DNA from: an uncultured Oscillospiraceae bacterium
GTDB lineage: Bacteria; Bacillota; Clostridia; Oscillospirales; Acutalibacteraceae
DNA: 64,000 nt
Direction of reading: 5' to 3'
Assembly (NCBI GenBank): GCA_949289045.1
Contig: CASEMN010000014.1
Coordinates: 2-64,001 of the forward strand
In this document: piece by piece, positions 36,844-46,025 of the stretch
Layout of the letters: each line of letters begins with the position of its first letter
How positions within the stretch are numbered: position 1 is the stretch's first letter
The notes under the pieces: generated by a model
Database searches by the model: none
What the model was told of the DNA's origin: nothing
What the model saw: only the letters and a program-made list of their open reading frames with translations
Made by a program: the position numbers and the translations under genes

Positions 36844-37583
36844 TATTCATTCGCCTCCTGTTCTGTTTCGCTTTCTTCATCGTTTACGGGATTTACAACT
36901 GCGGCGATGATGCTTGCTGCAACGGCGCATATGATAATTGAAAATCCACTTGAAACATTTTTTAGGAAAGGTACAAAATAGAAAAGGCAGCTTAAAACTA
37001 CAGCGACTAAAATAACGAGGCGTATAGGTGCGCTGTTTTTTGCAGGAGGAATTATTATGGCAATAAACATTGCATATATTGCAAGACCTAAAGCATCGTT
37101 TACAACTTCCGGGAGGAAGCCTCCTGCCACAGCTCCGAAAAGAGTTCCCAAAGTCCAGCCGGCATAGGGGATGACCGAAAGACCGGAGTAATATTTTGCA
37201 CCTATTTCTTTTCCCTGGTTTACCGCAACGGCGAAAATTTCATCTGTATTGCTGAATGCGGCAATGAGGCGTTTCGGAACGGTAAAGCGTTTTTCCATTT
37301 TTTGTGAAAGAGTAAGGGACATAAGCGAGTACCTTGCGTTGATGACAAGCTGTGTCATCGCCATTTCCACCAGCGAACCGGATCCTGCAATAATTGACAG
37401 TCCTGCAAACTGTCCCGCTGAAGTAAGGTTCGTCATAGAGATAAGTACAGCTGCCCAAACGGGAATACCCGCAGCTACAGCCATCATACCGAATGTAAAG
37501 GAAACGGAAAAATAACCTAATCCGATTGGCAAACCGTCTTTCAGCCCCTTTTTGAAGCTGTTTTGAATTTGAGTGTTGTCCAT
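36843..37583 (-). CDS. azlC: Branched-chain amino acid transport protein AzlC
   Basis: FKKGLKDGLPIGLGYFSVSFTFGMMAV is typical of AzlC. Start at MDNTQIQ (ATG 37583) behind GGAG. Confidence 0.8.
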   Translation of the reverse strand: MDNTQIQNSFKKGLKDGLPIGLGYFSVSFTFGMMAVAAGIPVWAAVLISMTNLTSAGQFAGLSIIAGSGSLVEMAMTQLVINARYSLMSLTLSQKMEKRFTVPKRLIAAFSNTDEIFAVAVNQGKEIGAKYYSGLSVIPYAGWTLGTLFGAVAGGFLPEVVNDALGLAIYAMFIAIIIPPAKNSAPIRLVILVAVVLSCLFYFVPFLKNVSSGFSIIICAVAASIIAAVVNPVNDEESETEQEANE

Positions 37584-37713
37584 TAAAAAAACTCCGTTTG
37601 AATTTATTTTAGGCAAGTGATATTATATCACCCTGAGCTGTCTATTTCCACAAAAATTTTATCGATATATTGACAAATGGGATATAATAGAAGTCGGGAA
37701 AAGAGGGATAAAG

Positions 37714-38358
37714 ATGTATAAGGCAATATTATTTGATTTGGACGGCACATTGCTCAATACCCTTGATGATTTAAACGAGAGTATGAACAAGGTGCTCACA
37801 GAAAACGGATATAAAGAGCAGACGAAGGATGAGACAAGACGTTTTGTAGGAAACGGAGTGAGAAAGCTTGTTGAGCGTTCTCTACCCGGTGAAAGCGCTG
37901 AATTTTATGATAAAATAGAGGCTCAGTTTAAAGAGTGCTACGCTAAAAATATGAGAAACAAAACAGCGCCTTACGAGGGAATAGAGGAGCTTTTAAAGGC
38001 TCTGAAAGAAAGACAAGTAAGGGTAGGCGTTGTTTCCAATAAATTTGACGGAGCAGTAAAGAGCCTTTGCAAAGAGATATTCGGAGAATACACACAGGTA
38101 GCCGTAGGGGAAAGAGCGGGTGTAAGAAAGAAGCCTGCTCCGGACAGTGTTCTTGCGGCAATTGATGAGCTGGGAGTAAAAAAGGAAGAGACAATTTATG
38201 CCGGTGATTCCGATGTTGATATAGAAACGGCAAAAAATGCAGGCATAAAGAGTATAGGAGTAACCTGGGGCTTCAGAGACAGAGAGCTGCTTATTTCCTG
38301 CGGAGCTGATTTTCTTGCCGATAGAGCGGAAGATATTCTCAAAATAGTTTGCGGATAA
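37714..38358 (+). CDS. HAD-superfamily hydrolase (phosphoglycolate phosphatase-like)
   Basis: Motif I ILFDLDGTLLNT, motif II VVSNK, motif IV YAGDSDVDIETAKNAG. Confidence 0.85.
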   Translation: MYKAILFDLDGTLLNTLDDLNESMNKVLTENGYKEQTKDETRRFVGNGVRKLVERSLPGESAEFYDKIEAQFKECYAKNMRNKTAPYEGIEELLKALKERQVRVGVVSNKFDGAVKSLCKEIFGEYTQVAVGERAGVRKKPAPDSVLAAIDELGVKKEETIYAGDSDVDIETAKNAGIKSIGVTWGFRDRELLISCGADFLADRAEDILKIVCG

Positions 38359-38461
38359 AGTCGAAAAGGGGAGAGTTTGAGGGCACAAAACTCTCCCTGT
38401 TTTTATTGAAAAAGAAAGTATAATATGATATTATTAACAGTATGCTGAAAAGAAAATATAA

Positions 38462-38538
38462 CCGCTCGTGGCGCAGCTGGATAACGCAGCAGATTCCGAT
38501 TCTGAAGATCGGGGGTTCGAATCCCTCCGGGCGGGCCA
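38462..38538 (+). tRNA. tRNA-Arg (anticodon CCG), CCA encoded
   Basis: Manual cloverleaf: acceptor CCGCTCG/CGGGCGG, D-loop with GG, anticodon loop TT-CCG-AT, T-arm GGGGG-TTCGAAT-CCCTC, discriminator G plus CCA. Length 77 nt. Confidence 0.85.
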
Positions 38539-38541
38539 AAA

Positions 38542-38573
38542 AGCCGATGGGGCAGTTGCCCCGTCGGCTTTTT
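38542..38573 (+). terminator. Terminator after the tRNA
   Basis: 12-bp stem AGCCGATGGGGC / GCCCCGTCGGCT (one G-U pair) followed by TTTTT. Confidence 0.75.
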
Positions 38574-38575
38574 CA

Positions 38576-38600
38576 GTAAGAGAGGGATTCGAACCCTGAG
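38576..38600 (-). other. Possible tRNA 3' fragment (T-arm plus acceptor strand)
   Basis: Minus strand reads CAGGGTTCGAATCCCTCTCTTAC, a canonical GGTTCGAATCC T-arm. No matching 5' half is found upstream. Confidence 0.35.
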
Positions 38601-38707
38601 AGGGTGAGCAGTGTAAAGAAAACAGTCCGGTGGACTGTTTTTAGCTGCGAAGTCCGCAGCAGCTGTGCTGCAAGGATGCTTTACGCAGTGCGAAGCACAG
38701 CGAAAAT

Positions 38708-38725
38708 ATCCCTCCGGGCGGGCCA
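38708..38725 (+). repeat. Direct repeat of the last 18 nt of tRNA-Arg (att-like)
   Basis: ATCCCTCCGGGCGGGCCA at 38708-38725 equals 38521-38538 exactly. Confidence 0.85.
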
Positions 38726-38903
38726 GACTGAGTCTGGACGCATTTCGCGTTCGGACTTTTTTGTTTGTTAGAGTTAATATGCTCGCGATTTAACCGATAT
38801 CTTTAAGCTCAAGTGACAAAAATCCGATGAGACTTTCGTCCCATCGGATTTTTAAGTAATAGACAGCAGAGAACACATTTTACATATCTGACAACTAAAG
38901 AAA

Positions 38904-40001
38904 TCATCCTCGCTTTAATTGCTCAACGATGTTTTTAAATTCTTCTCGGTCTTTGACTGAATCCAGTTCAATAGATTCAAGCCATTTTTCCAGCATGATT
39001 TTACATAAGGACCGTGTGTCTGCTGTTTCAAAATCAGTTTTACGTATTTTTACAGTGCCAAACAGCAGGCAGGAAACCTCATCAATATCAGGTCTGTTAT
39101 CAAAATCATGGGCGGCATCGGCTGCCTTTTGAAGATGCTTTAGAGCAGTGTCTGTTTGACCGATGTGAATGTAACGTTTTGCAATATCAAAATTGATTTT
39201 TGCTTTTCCCCAGCCTGTTGGTGGTTCCTGTCCGTCATATATGAGGTTCTCGAGTTCAAATATTTTTTGGAATATCTGTATGGCGTCACTGTCAGAAGTG
39301 CCTTCGTAATCTGCCATAAGCCACATGGAACCTTGGAGGCTTTCATAGTCCTTTTTTGCTTTGTCATGCAAATACTGAGGCTTCTCTTCATCGGACAATG
39401 CCCACCATATTTGCGATTCTTTGCAAAATGCCTGAGAGGGAAGAGTTTCATAAATTGTCCTGCCTATTTCTCTTCGTCCCATTTCACAATGATTGAATGC
39501 AAGGCGTGAAGTTGCTTCAAGGCGAATATTTTGATCTGGACAATATTTCATTATGCGTTTGCCTATCATGGTAATTTCCGCATCGTATTTTTTCATGTTT
39601 TCCTGCCATTCGGGAATGTTTCCGTCGCTGTCTCCAGAAACGAACAAAGCATACATAAGCTTATTGAGTAATTTATAATTATTGGGATATTCTGCAACGC
39701 CTGCACGGGCAATTCTGATGCATTCCTCAATATCTCCACGGCTGATAGCGTTTTGGAAGTCTGATAAATATTTTTCTACCTTTTCTGCCTCGGCTGCATC
39801 GTCTACCCCCAGCAAATTATCCACGGTTATTCCGAAGAAATTTGCAATGGTTGGTAAAAGCTCTATATCGGGATAGCAGGTATTGTTTTCCCAGCGGGAT
39901 ACAGACTGGCAGGATACGCCTAATATTTCGGCGAGTTCTTCCTGAGTAATGCCTCTTTCTCTGCGAAGATATTTTATTGTATTTCCAATAAGAAGCTTCA
40001 T
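38904..40001 (-). CDS. XRE-family HTH regulator with a ~300-aa helical (TPR-like) C-terminal domain
   Basis: N-terminus IKYLRRERGITQEELAEILGVSCQSVSRWENNTCYPDIELLPTIANFFGITVDNLLG is a classic HTH_XRE. The remainder is helical-repeat-like. Confidence 0.8.
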   Translation of the reverse strand: MKLLIGNTIKYLRRERGITQEELAEILGVSCQSVSRWENNTCYPDIELLPTIANFFGITVDNLLGVDDAAEAEKVEKYLSDFQNAISRGDIEECIRIARAGVAEYPNNYKLLNKLMYALFVSGDSDGNIPEWQENMKKYDAEITMIGKRIMKYCPDQNIRLEATSRLAFNHCEMGRREIGRTIYETLPSQAFCKESQIWWALSDEEKPQYLHDKAKKDYESLQGSMWLMADYEGTSDSDAIQIFQKIFELENLIYDGQEPPTGWGKAKINFDIAKRYIHIGQTDTALKHLQKAADAAHDFDNRPDIDEVSCLLFGTVKIRKTDFETADTRSLCKIMLEKWLESIELDSVKDREEFKNIVEQLKRG

Positions 40002-40206
40002 AAAAATTCTCCTTTTTGATTTTTTGAAAGCGGCCTCTTTCTGATTATTATTATATTTGATAGCTGCTGTGTCTACAATGTCACGTTAGGTGATATTTTT
40101 TAACTATATGATTGATTTTAAGCCAAATTCGCTGTGAGCATACAAAATCATATTGTTAATGTTTATCTCTTCATTTTTGGGAAAAAACAAAAGGGGAGGG
40201 AAATTT

Positions 40207-40881
40207 ATGGATATATTAAAAGTGACACTCACAGCGTTCCTTTCAGCGGGAGCGCTGTTTGTAATTGCAAAGATAATGGGACACAAGCAAATGTCACAGC
40301 TTGACTTTTTTGACTATATAAGCGGTATTACAATAGGTTCAATTGCGGCGGAGCTTGCAACGGAGCTGGAATCTCCTCTCAAGCCTCTTACAGCAATGAT
40401 AATGTATGGAATTATATCGGTGGCTTTAAGTGTTATTACAAGAAAATTTCCTAAAAGCAGAAAGTATATTAACGGTACTCCCACAGTGATAATGAGCGGA
40501 GGAAAAATTTATCGTAATAACATGAAAAAGGCAAAGCTTGATTTAAGTGAATTTATGGTTATGTGCCGTCAGGAGGGATATTTTGATTTAACCGAAATAC
40601 AGACGGCTATTTTTGAATATAACGGACGGCTTACTATATTGCCGATAAGTGAAAAGCGTCCCGTAGAGCCGGCTGATATTAATCTTACTGTTTCACCTGC
40701 GTCGGTTTTTACCGAGGTTATCATGGACGGAAGAATTTTAGGTGAAAATCTCAGGCGAATGGGTCTTGATGAAACGTGGCTGCAAAAGAGGATAAAGGAG
40801 CAGGGATATAAAAAGGCGGCTGAAATTTATCTCGGAATATGTGACGATAACAAAAGCCTTGTTTTGTTTAAAGGCGAATAA
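40207..40881 (+). CDS. DUF421 (YetF-like) membrane protein
   Basis: MDILKVTLTAFLSAGALFVIAKIMGHKQMSQLDFFDYISGITIGSIAA is typical of YetF-like proteins. Start behind AGGGGAGGG (the ORF-track start is 40153). Confidence 0.8.
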   Translation: MDILKVTLTAFLSAGALFVIAKIMGHKQMSQLDFFDYISGITIGSIAAELATELESPLKPLTAMIMYGIISVALSVITRKFPKSRKYINGTPTVIMSGGKIYRNNMKKAKLDLSEFMVMCRQEGYFDLTEIQTAIFEYNGRLTILPISEKRPVEPADINLTVSPASVFTEVIMDGRILGENLRRMGLDETWLQKRIKEQGYKKAAEIYLGICDDNKSLVLFKGE

Positions 40882-40931
40882 AAAAGAGCATGGCGGAAAG
40901 TGAAAATTCCGCTGTGCTCTTTCGTTTTTTA

Positions 40932-41459
40932 TCAGCAGTTCCAATTTATTTTTGCCGGATCTGATTCATTTTGCACCGAAACTTTTTTTAGTTCATCAAA
41001 AGCTTTTTGAAGCTCTTCTTTTGCTGCTTTGTCATAATTTTCGGCGGTATCGGAAATACCGAGTTTATGATATGCATATGCCGCTGCACCGTAGAATAGG
41101 AATCCCAGTGAATTTGTGGGAGTCTGTACCACAGCGCAGGCTGTGGAAACAGCTCTTGCCGCAGCTTGTGCAGTAGGATTGTCCGAAATATTTCTTGCAG
41201 TTTCAGCGGCTGATTTAAGTGAAGGTTTAATATCTTTAAGCTTCTTTTCTCCTGTTAGAAGTTCTCTGCAAGCAGAAATTGCGCTTTTTAAAGAATTATT
41301 TTCCGGAAATTCTTTAAGGAAAATGCTGAGGTAGTTTTCCTCCGCATAATCTGTTGCCCACTTTGAAAGGGTTTCATGGCTTTGTGTTTCTATGAGGCCC
41401 ATTAAATTTATACATTCTTCGCTTTTAATATCGCCTAACATCTTTCTAAGCTTTGCCAT
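40932..41459 (-). CDS. Hypothetical all-helical protein (weak resemblance to Imm5-like putative immunity proteins)
   Basis: GAGGAG RBS. The segment ...NPTAQAAARAVSTACAVVQTP...GAAAYAYHKLG recalls Ala-rich helical repeats of that family. The family call is from memory only. Confidence 0.5.
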   Translation of the reverse strand: MAKLRKMLGDIKSEECINLMGLIETQSHETLSKWATDYAEENYLSIFLKEFPENNSLKSAISACRELLTGEKKLKDIKPSLKSAAETARNISDNPTAQAAARAVSTACAVVQTPTNSLGFLFYGAAAYAYHKLGISDTAENYDKAAKEELQKAFDELKKVSVQNESDPAKINWNC

Positions 41460-41483
41460 ATTAACGCTCCTCTAAATAAAAGC

Positions 41484-42617
41484 TCAAAGCACGTATTTTA
41501 TAATTACCGCTCCTGCAATAATTACTGCCGCTGCCACAACTCCTTTTATAATCATGGGCTTTGCAGCGTCAAAGGAACTTGGTGCATGGGTATAGATAAA
41601 ATACTTAAAGGGATTTGTAACTCTTTTGCCTAAAAGAGAACGGTAGGTTATAACTCTTGTTTCGTATTTTTCGGGTGAGCTTTCGTTTATTTCAAAAACT
41701 CTTACTCCTCTGTCAAGACCGGGACCATAGACGTTAAAACCTGCACCGGGAGTGTATCCCAAATCTATGCCCTCGACAGTGCCGTTAAAGCAGTTGATGT
41801 GATCGTGGCCGAAATATGCGCCTATAACGTCGCCCTGTTTAACCCATGAGTCAAACTGTCCGCTGCTCGTAAGGGGAGAAGCGATGTTTTCTTTCATAAA
41901 TGAACCGGGCTTCTGCCATTTTTCATCCAGTATGTAGAAATCCGGATTAGCTCTGTTTCCCTGTATTGCGCCCTTTGTCTCTTTCGGAACCTTTTTCAGC
42001 AGGCGATACATTTCCGGCACGGGAATGTGCTGAAATACAAGGGACGGAACAGGCTTTCCATCATTTTCCGCTTTGAGTTGTTCGCTTGTCTTTTCATACC
42101 ATTTAATCTGTTCGGGGGATACAGCTGCATATCCGCCGTCGGGATTCTTTTCAAGGGAATCAATAATGTAGAGATTGAAAATCACTTTATCACTGTTTTC
42201 GGAATAAATAGGCAAATTAAAAGTTGCAAGTCCTCCGGGCATGGAAGTATCCGAGACGGTATTTACACAGGAGGAATAGCTTTTATAATATTCCATCTGC
42301 TTTTCTTTGCCGCAGCCTGCGAAACGGTCATGGTTACCAAAGGTAACCGCAAAGGGGATGTTTCTTTTTTCAAGGGGAGCAATTATTTTATCAATAGTGA
42401 TTCTGGCTTTCTCATTTCCGTCGCCGCCGGCAAGGTTAAAACCGTAACCTTTAATCTGGTCTCCTGTAAAAACCACAAGGTCGGGCTTTTCGGTATCGAG
42501 AGCCGCTTCAATTAATCTTACGGTATCGGTAGCGGTTTTCTGAGTATCCTGAGTGTCTGTAATTTGCATAATTTTAAGTTTTCCGTTTTTAAAACGGAGC
42601 TTTTTGCTGTTATCCAT
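41484..42617 (-). CDS. Metallophosphoesterase with a C-terminal transmembrane anchor
   Basis: Motifs MQITDTQD, FTGDQIKG, FGNHD, FQHIP and FGHDHIN. No signal peptide. The C-terminal hydrophobic helix is GVVAAAVIIAGAVIIKYVL. Confidence 0.8.
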   Translation of the reverse strand: MDNSKKLRFKNGKLKIMQITDTQDTQKTATDTVRLIEAALDTEKPDLVVFTGDQIKGYGFNLAGGDGNEKARITIDKIIAPLEKRNIPFAVTFGNHDRFAGCGKEKQMEYYKSYSSCVNTVSDTSMPGGLATFNLPIYSENSDKVIFNLYIIDSLEKNPDGGYAAVSPEQIKWYEKTSEQLKAENDGKPVPSLVFQHIPVPEMYRLLKKVPKETKGAIQGNRANPDFYILDEKWQKPGSFMKENIASPLTSSGQFDSWVKQGDVIGAYFGHDHINCFNGTVEGIDLGYTPGAGFNVYGPGLDRGVRVFEINESSPEKYETRVITYRSLLGKRVTNPFKYFIYTHAPSSFDAAKPMIIKGVVAAAVIIAGAVIIKYVL

Positions 42618-42844
42618 AAAATGACAAAACCTCTTTAATATCTCAAATTTGTAACGCTAAAATCATAACACAAAATATTGTTAAATGCCATAGCATTTGG
42701 CAAAATGGTGTAAGATTGTTAAAGAATTATAGTAATAACATAAAAATTAGATGATTTAAGTAAAAGAGTGTTGTTTTTTGGCATAGAAGCGTTATCATAT
42801 ATAATAGCGGAGTTTAAAATTTTATACTAAAAGGAGAACGCAAT

Positions 42845-43969
42845 ATGCGCAGCGAAGGAGAAACGCTGAAGTTTAAAAACGGTAAATTCAAGGTTATGCA
42901 TATAACCGACACCCAGGAAAGTGCGGCAGTTGCAAAGGATACCCTGAAGCTTATAAACGCCGCCTTGGACGCTGAAAAACCGGATCTGGTAGTTTTCACA
43001 GGCGATCAGATTAAAGGTTACAGTGTGACGTTCCTCGGTAAAAACAAAGAAGAGATTATTAAAAAGACAATCGGAAAAATTATTGAGCCGGTAGTGAAAA
43101 GAGATATACCCTTTGCGGTAACTTTCGGAAACCATGACCGGCAGACAGGTATTTCAAACGACAGGCAGATTAAGTTTTATGAAGAGTACAGCCAGTGCGT
43201 AAAGGGAGCAAACGTGTTCGGCAGCGGCACCTATACAGTACCTGTTGAAGGTGCTGACGGAAAGCCGGCAATGAACATCTATATGGTTGATTCAGGCGGA
43301 GACGCAAAGGGCGGCGGATACGAAGCCGTTACCCCTGAGCAGATCGAGTGGTATAAGTCTGCAAGAGAATCACTTAAAGAGCAGGCAGGAAAATATGTTC
43401 CCTCAATAGTATTCCAGCACATTCCGGTAAGCGAATATTATCATGTGCTAAGAAGAGTAGGAAAGCATGATAAAAACGCAGTAAGAGCTTTCAGAACACA
43501 TAAGAACGAGTACTATGTGCCGGAAGAAAAGGTAATGAAGGATAAAGACTACTTTATGCTGGAGCCTCCCTCAATTCCTGATGTTAATACCGGTGAGTTT
43601 GAGGCAATGAAGGAGAAAGGCGATGTCTTTGCCATATTTGTAGGCCATGACCACAAAAACAGCTTTGTGGGAACCTATGACGGAATAGATTTGGGATATA
43701 CTCCGTCCTGCGGTTTCAACGTTTACGGCGAAGGCACCAAAAGAGCAGTAAGGGTTTTCGAGTTTAGTGAGGAAAATCCCGCAGATTACAAAACCCGCAC
43801 ATTAAGTTTCCGCAATTTAATAGGCAGAAAGGTGCAGACGCCTATAAAGGATTTCCTTTTTAAATATGCACCTACAACAGTGGATGCCGCAATACCAATG
43901 ATAATAAAAGCTGTAATAGCTATTGTCGGAATAGCCGCAGTTATAGCATTGATTGGATTTATTTTCTGA
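42845..43969 (+). CDS. Metallophosphoesterase with a C-terminal transmembrane anchor (paralog of 41484..42617, divergently oriented)
   Basis: Collinear with its neighbour (KFKNGKFKVMHITDTQ, EKPDLVVFTGDQIKGY, IPFAVTFGNHDR, VFQHIPV, VGHDHKNSF, GIDLGYTPS.GFNVYG). C-terminal helix AVIAIVGIAAVIALIGFIF. Confidence 0.8.
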   Translation: MRSEGETLKFKNGKFKVMHITDTQESAAVAKDTLKLINAALDAEKPDLVVFTGDQIKGYSVTFLGKNKEEIIKKTIGKIIEPVVKRDIPFAVTFGNHDRQTGISNDRQIKFYEEYSQCVKGANVFGSGTYTVPVEGADGKPAMNIYMVDSGGDAKGGGYEAVTPEQIEWYKSARESLKEQAGKYVPSIVFQHIPVSEYYHVLRRVGKHDKNAVRAFRTHKNEYYVPEEKVMKDKDYFMLEPPSIPDVNTGEFEAMKEKGDVFAIFVGHDHKNSFVGTYDGIDLGYTPSCGFNVYGEGTKRAVRVFEFSEENPADYKTRTLSFRNLIGRKVQTPIKDFLFKYAPTTVDAAIPMIIKAVIAIVGIAAVIALIGFIF

Positions 43970-44043
43970 TTTAGAAAAAGAAAGGATTTGCGGTATTCCG
44001 AAGCTTCCATAGTTTCTGTGGAAATTACCGCAGGGTGAATAAG

Positions 44044-44565
44044 ATGAGTAAAAATGAGAACAGCAAAATAAGCGCATTTCTTTCAAAGCACGCTGAGATA
44101 TGGAAATTTGTAAAGTTTGCTATTGTAGGAATGTCCTCAACGGTTATTGAGCTGATAATCTATTATATTCTTCAGGGCGTTGTCTTTAAGGATATGAATA
44201 CCGAACCCTTTAAGTTTTTAATTTTCGAGTACGAGGGTATCGGATATATGTGGGCATTCCTTATTTCAACAACAATAGGTTATGCCATAGCTTTTATCCT
44301 TAACAGAAAAGCTACTTTCAAGGCTGATGCAAATCCGGCACTGAGTATATTCTTATATGTGCTCATGGTTATTTTTACGATCTTTGCGACAACATGGATG
44401 GGTACAGCGCTGCTCAATTTCTTTATTGACTATGGCTGGCGTTCGGCAGGCGAAATTCTTGCGAAGCCCATTGTTGCTACAGTTGCAACTGTTTGGACAT
44501 ACCCCACAAACCGCTTTATTATTCATAGGAAGAAAAAGACAACTGAAGAAAACGAGAAGGCCTAA
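44044..44565 (+). CDS. GtrA-family membrane protein
   Basis: KFVKFAIVGMSSTVIELIIYYIL plus four TM helices and a conserved C-terminal ...NRFIIHRKK tail. Confidence 0.8.
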   Translation: MSKNENSKISAFLSKHAEIWKFVKFAIVGMSSTVIELIIYYILQGVVFKDMNTEPFKFLIFEYEGIGYMWAFLISTTIGYAIAFILNRKATFKADANPALSIFLYVLMVIFTIFATTWMGTALLNFFIDYGWRSAGEILAKPIVATVATVWTYPTNRFIIHRKKKTTEENEKA

Positions 44566-44592
44566 ATCTTTGATAAACTATATAACGCAATA

Positions 44593-44628
44593 AAAAATAC
44601 CGTTTCCGGGAAGGAAACGGTATTTTTC
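44593..44628. terminator. Bidirectional terminator between gtrA-like and adh genes
   Basis: ATACCGTTTCC-GGGAA-GGAAACGGTAT flanked by A-run and T-run. Confidence 0.8.
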
Positions 44629-44641
44629 TTTAAGTAAGATT

Positions 44642-45853
44642 TTACGCCATAAATCTGTGAATAAGCTCTCTGCACTCGTCTGCGTCCATGAATTTCGGAA
44701 CGGGATAGAGGGGATGAGCTTCCTTAAATACACGTGGGATGATTGTATCAAGATCTTCTTCCTTGATGCAGTCAAATTTTTCGGGAATGTTCATCTTGCG
44801 GTTAAGCTCTCTTATAGCTGCAACAAAAGCTTTAGCTCTTTCGCTGTCGCTCATTGAATCGCTGCCGACTCCGGCAATAGCTGCAAGTCTTGCAAGGGGC
44901 TTTGCAGCGGAATCTCCGAAGAAATCAAGGACATAGGGGAGGATAACAGCGTTTGCAAGGCCGTGGGGTATTCCGTAGAATCCACCAAGGTTGTGGGCAA
45001 TTGCGTGAACATATCCAACATAAGCTCTTGTGAAAGCCATGCCAGCGTAGAATGAACCCATGAGCATATTTTCTCTTGCTCTGAGATTTGAGCCGTTGTT
45101 GTAAGCTTCCTCTATGTTGTCGAAAATAAGCTTTGTAGCTTTTTCTGCATAAGCTGATGTGGTTTTGGTGTTGCTTCTTCCTATGTAAGCCTCAACTGCA
45201 TGGGTAAGAGCATCCATACCTGTTGTTGAAGTGATGTGGGGAGGAAGTCCCACTGTAAGTTCAGGGTCCATAACTGCGTATTTCGGACGAAGAACGGGAT
45301 CGTTAATTGCATATTTTTCATGTGTTGCAGGGTTTGAAACAACAGCTGCGAGAGTTGTTTCTGAGCCTGTTCCGGCAGTTGTGGGAACTGCAAACAGAGG
45401 GGGGATCTTCTTGATAACTTTAAGAACGCCCTTCATTTTCGGAACGGGAAGGTTAGGTCTTGCAATTCTTGCGGCGCAGGCCTTAGCGCAGTCCATAGGA
45501 GAACCGCCGCCGAAAGCGATAAGTCCCTGACAATTGTTTTTAAGATAAAGCTCTCTTGCATCTTCAATATTCTGAATTGAGGGGTTCGGCTGAACTCCGT
45601 CAAAAACAGTGTACTTGACGCCGACTTTGTCAAGGTTTTCAAAAAGAGGATCCAAAAGATGAAGTCCCATAAGGCCCTTATCGGTTACAACCAAAACGTT
45701 TGTGATGCCTTTGCCCTTGACGAATTCAGGCAGTTTTTTTACACTTCCGACTCCGGAAAGCAGCTCCGGTTCGCTCCAGTCGAAAATATTTACTGCCAGT
45801 TTCATACCGATCTGATATGTACGGTAACAAAACCTTTTGAACGGTGAAATCAT
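44642..45853 (-). CDS. Iron-containing alcohol dehydrogenase
   Basis: GGGSPMDCAK and other Fe-ADH motifs, and a His cluster (HAIAHNLGG...HG). Start at MISPFKRF, 8 nt behind AAAGGAG. Confidence 0.85.
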   Translation of the reverse strand: MISPFKRFCYRTYQIGMKLAVNIFDWSEPELLSGVGSVKKLPEFVKGKGITNVLVVTDKGLMGLHLLDPLFENLDKVGVKYTVFDGVQPNPSIQNIEDARELYLKNNCQGLIAFGGGSPMDCAKACAARIARPNLPVPKMKGVLKVIKKIPPLFAVPTTAGTGSETTLAAVVSNPATHEKYAINDPVLRPKYAVMDPELTVGLPPHITSTTGMDALTHAVEAYIGRSNTKTTSAYAEKATKLIFDNIEEAYNNGSNLRARENMLMGSFYAGMAFTRAYVGYVHAIAHNLGGFYGIPHGLANAVILPYVLDFFGDSAAKPLARLAAIAGVGSDSMSDSERAKAFVAAIRELNRKMNIPEKFDCIKEEDLDTIIPRVFKEAHPLYPVPKFMDADECRELIHRFMA

Positions 45854-46025
45854 TGTTAACACTCCTTTACCGAATAATTCCATAATATTGTACCAATTTT
45901 TTCGAATAAATGCAATAATAAAGCTTTTTTATAGCATAAGGTATTTATTAAAAATACCGAAAAATTTGAAAAAAGCGCAGCTGTCCGGCAATAATAAATA
46001 TAAATTATTGTATGGAGGCGGCAAA

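Noticed and set aside
38339-38539. 66-aa ORF on the minus strand
   Set aside because: It is the reverse complement of tRNA-Arg and the HAD gene terminator.
38852-38878. 8-codon ORF (MCSLLSIT) downstream of the XRE-TPR regulator, considered as a possible signalling-peptide gene
   Set aside because: It is too short for an exported propeptide, has no Shine-Dalgarno, and is followed directly by the regulator's terminator hairpin.
45837-46025. 63-codon N-terminal extension of the dehydrogenase ORF
   Set aside because: It overlaps the divergent adh start and promoter region. GGAGG plus ATG at 46026 gives the canonical Rossmann N-terminus.
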